64,000 nucleotides of DNA from Octopus sinensis. Lineage: Eukaryota. The notes beneath the pieces were generated by a model. That model was given only the letters and a program-made list of their open reading frames with translations, was not told where the DNA came from and ran no database searches. A program made the translations under genes and the position numbers. Shown here in pieces: positions 62,801-64,000 of the stretch (the first letter of the stretch is position 1; the number at the start of each line of letters is the position of its first letter). The stretch lies in NCBI RefSeq assembly GCF_006345805.1, contig NC_043000.1, positions 86,676,001 to 86,740,000 of the forward strand, given 5' to 3'.

Positions 62801-64000
62801 TAATTTCCTTGAAAATAATAAGGATTAACATCAGCAAGAGCATCTAGCCATAAGAATATTCTCTCATGAAATTTTGCCAAACCCATTGCTAGCATTGAAA
62901 AAACAAAACATAAGAACTAAAAAAGCTGAAAAAGATTATGATGGTGATATGCTGTTACATTGCGTTTTGCTTTATCATTTTGTAATATATTATTGGATAT
63001 CATTTTTTCATCATGTATCCACCAGTCATCTATTTCTACATAAATTCTCAAAACTCTTCATTAGTACCTCTTCTAGATTTAGTCAAAGTTCTTATGAAAT
63101 ATTTATATTTCACTTCTTGATTGCTATTCTAATAAATTCTATTAATATTTCTCAATCTTTTCATAATAGTTGATATACAAAGAAAAAAAAACAGGAAAAG
63201 AACATAAAATATTTGTTTTCTTGGTTGATCGATCAATCTGTCTGTTAAGATATAATATTCCAATTAGATGTTCTTAATAGATATATTGGTTTCTACAGTT
63301 CTTACTTGAAATGGTTTTGTTCTTTCTCAAAGAAAAACTAAATTTCAAAGATTAATTTTATTTCAGCATTCAGTATTTATTGTCATTAAGAAATATACCC
63401 TTTTTTTGAAGTTGATTTCACTTTGCTGCTAATCTACAAAAAAATCTACAAGATTTTTTTAAATATTTTGCTTTTAAATATAATTTTCTTATGTTGCTGT
63501 CTATTTCCTAGTAAAATGAGGCATTCATAGATTGTTTTATTACCTTGTTTCTCTCAGTAATTATTATAATTATTGTAATCAGAATATATTTTATGCAGGA
63601 TTGTATGTTCAATCTTGTATGATTGTCAGATTTCATGGATGAGATGTTGTTCTTTTTATTTCAATGGTTTGTTTATAATTCTAACTACATTTAGGTGAGT
63701 TTCAAAAATATGACTAATTTGAATTGTGTCTACATCCTGAAAGTTCTTGTGGTTAAATATCCAGATTTAACAGAATATAACAGGAATATATTTCTCATAG
63801 GTTTTACTTCCTTATTAAATCTTCCAATTAAAACAAATCCTTGCTTCTAAATCTGGAATCTGTAGAGTCATGATGCATGAGATTTTTTTGGATTCACTCT
63901 GCTTCTCACCCTTCCTGCCATTTCTCTCTTTCTCTGTATATATCTCTATCTCTCACTCTCACCTTTCACCTCTCTATCACCTATAATAAGCAGAATGGTG

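Overview
AT-rich, microsatellite-dense metazoan genomic DNA. The SINE/LINE families and the (AT)n load look like an octopod cephalopod, which is my inference. The only host gene is a furin-type proprotein convertase on the + strand. It has ten GT-AG exons (3290-29449; 1396 nt, 465 codons + 1 nt) in one continuous frame, running from the prodomain RVKR site through the catalytic Asp/His/Asn/Ser to most of the P domain. The 5' exons lie upstream of the window, and I found no further exon in the 34.5 kb after 29449, which includes a 100-N gap. The introns and downstream region hold one nearly intact irritans-type mariner, a decayed mariner, an IR/DR Tc1, a pogo derivative, a MULE remnant, RTE/CR1/Penelope fragments, SINEs and a Helentron-type HINE. 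Most notable: (i) two well-formed Penelope-type hammerhead ribozymes on opposite strands bracketing a perfect 60-bp hairpin (37958-38936), plus two minimal or decayed hammerhead motifs nearby; (ii) a divergent 28S rRNA-derived segment with structure-preserving substitutions (31885-32445); (iii) long near-perfect fold-back duplications flanking the first two exons; (iv) a possible read-through C-terminus after the P-domain exon.
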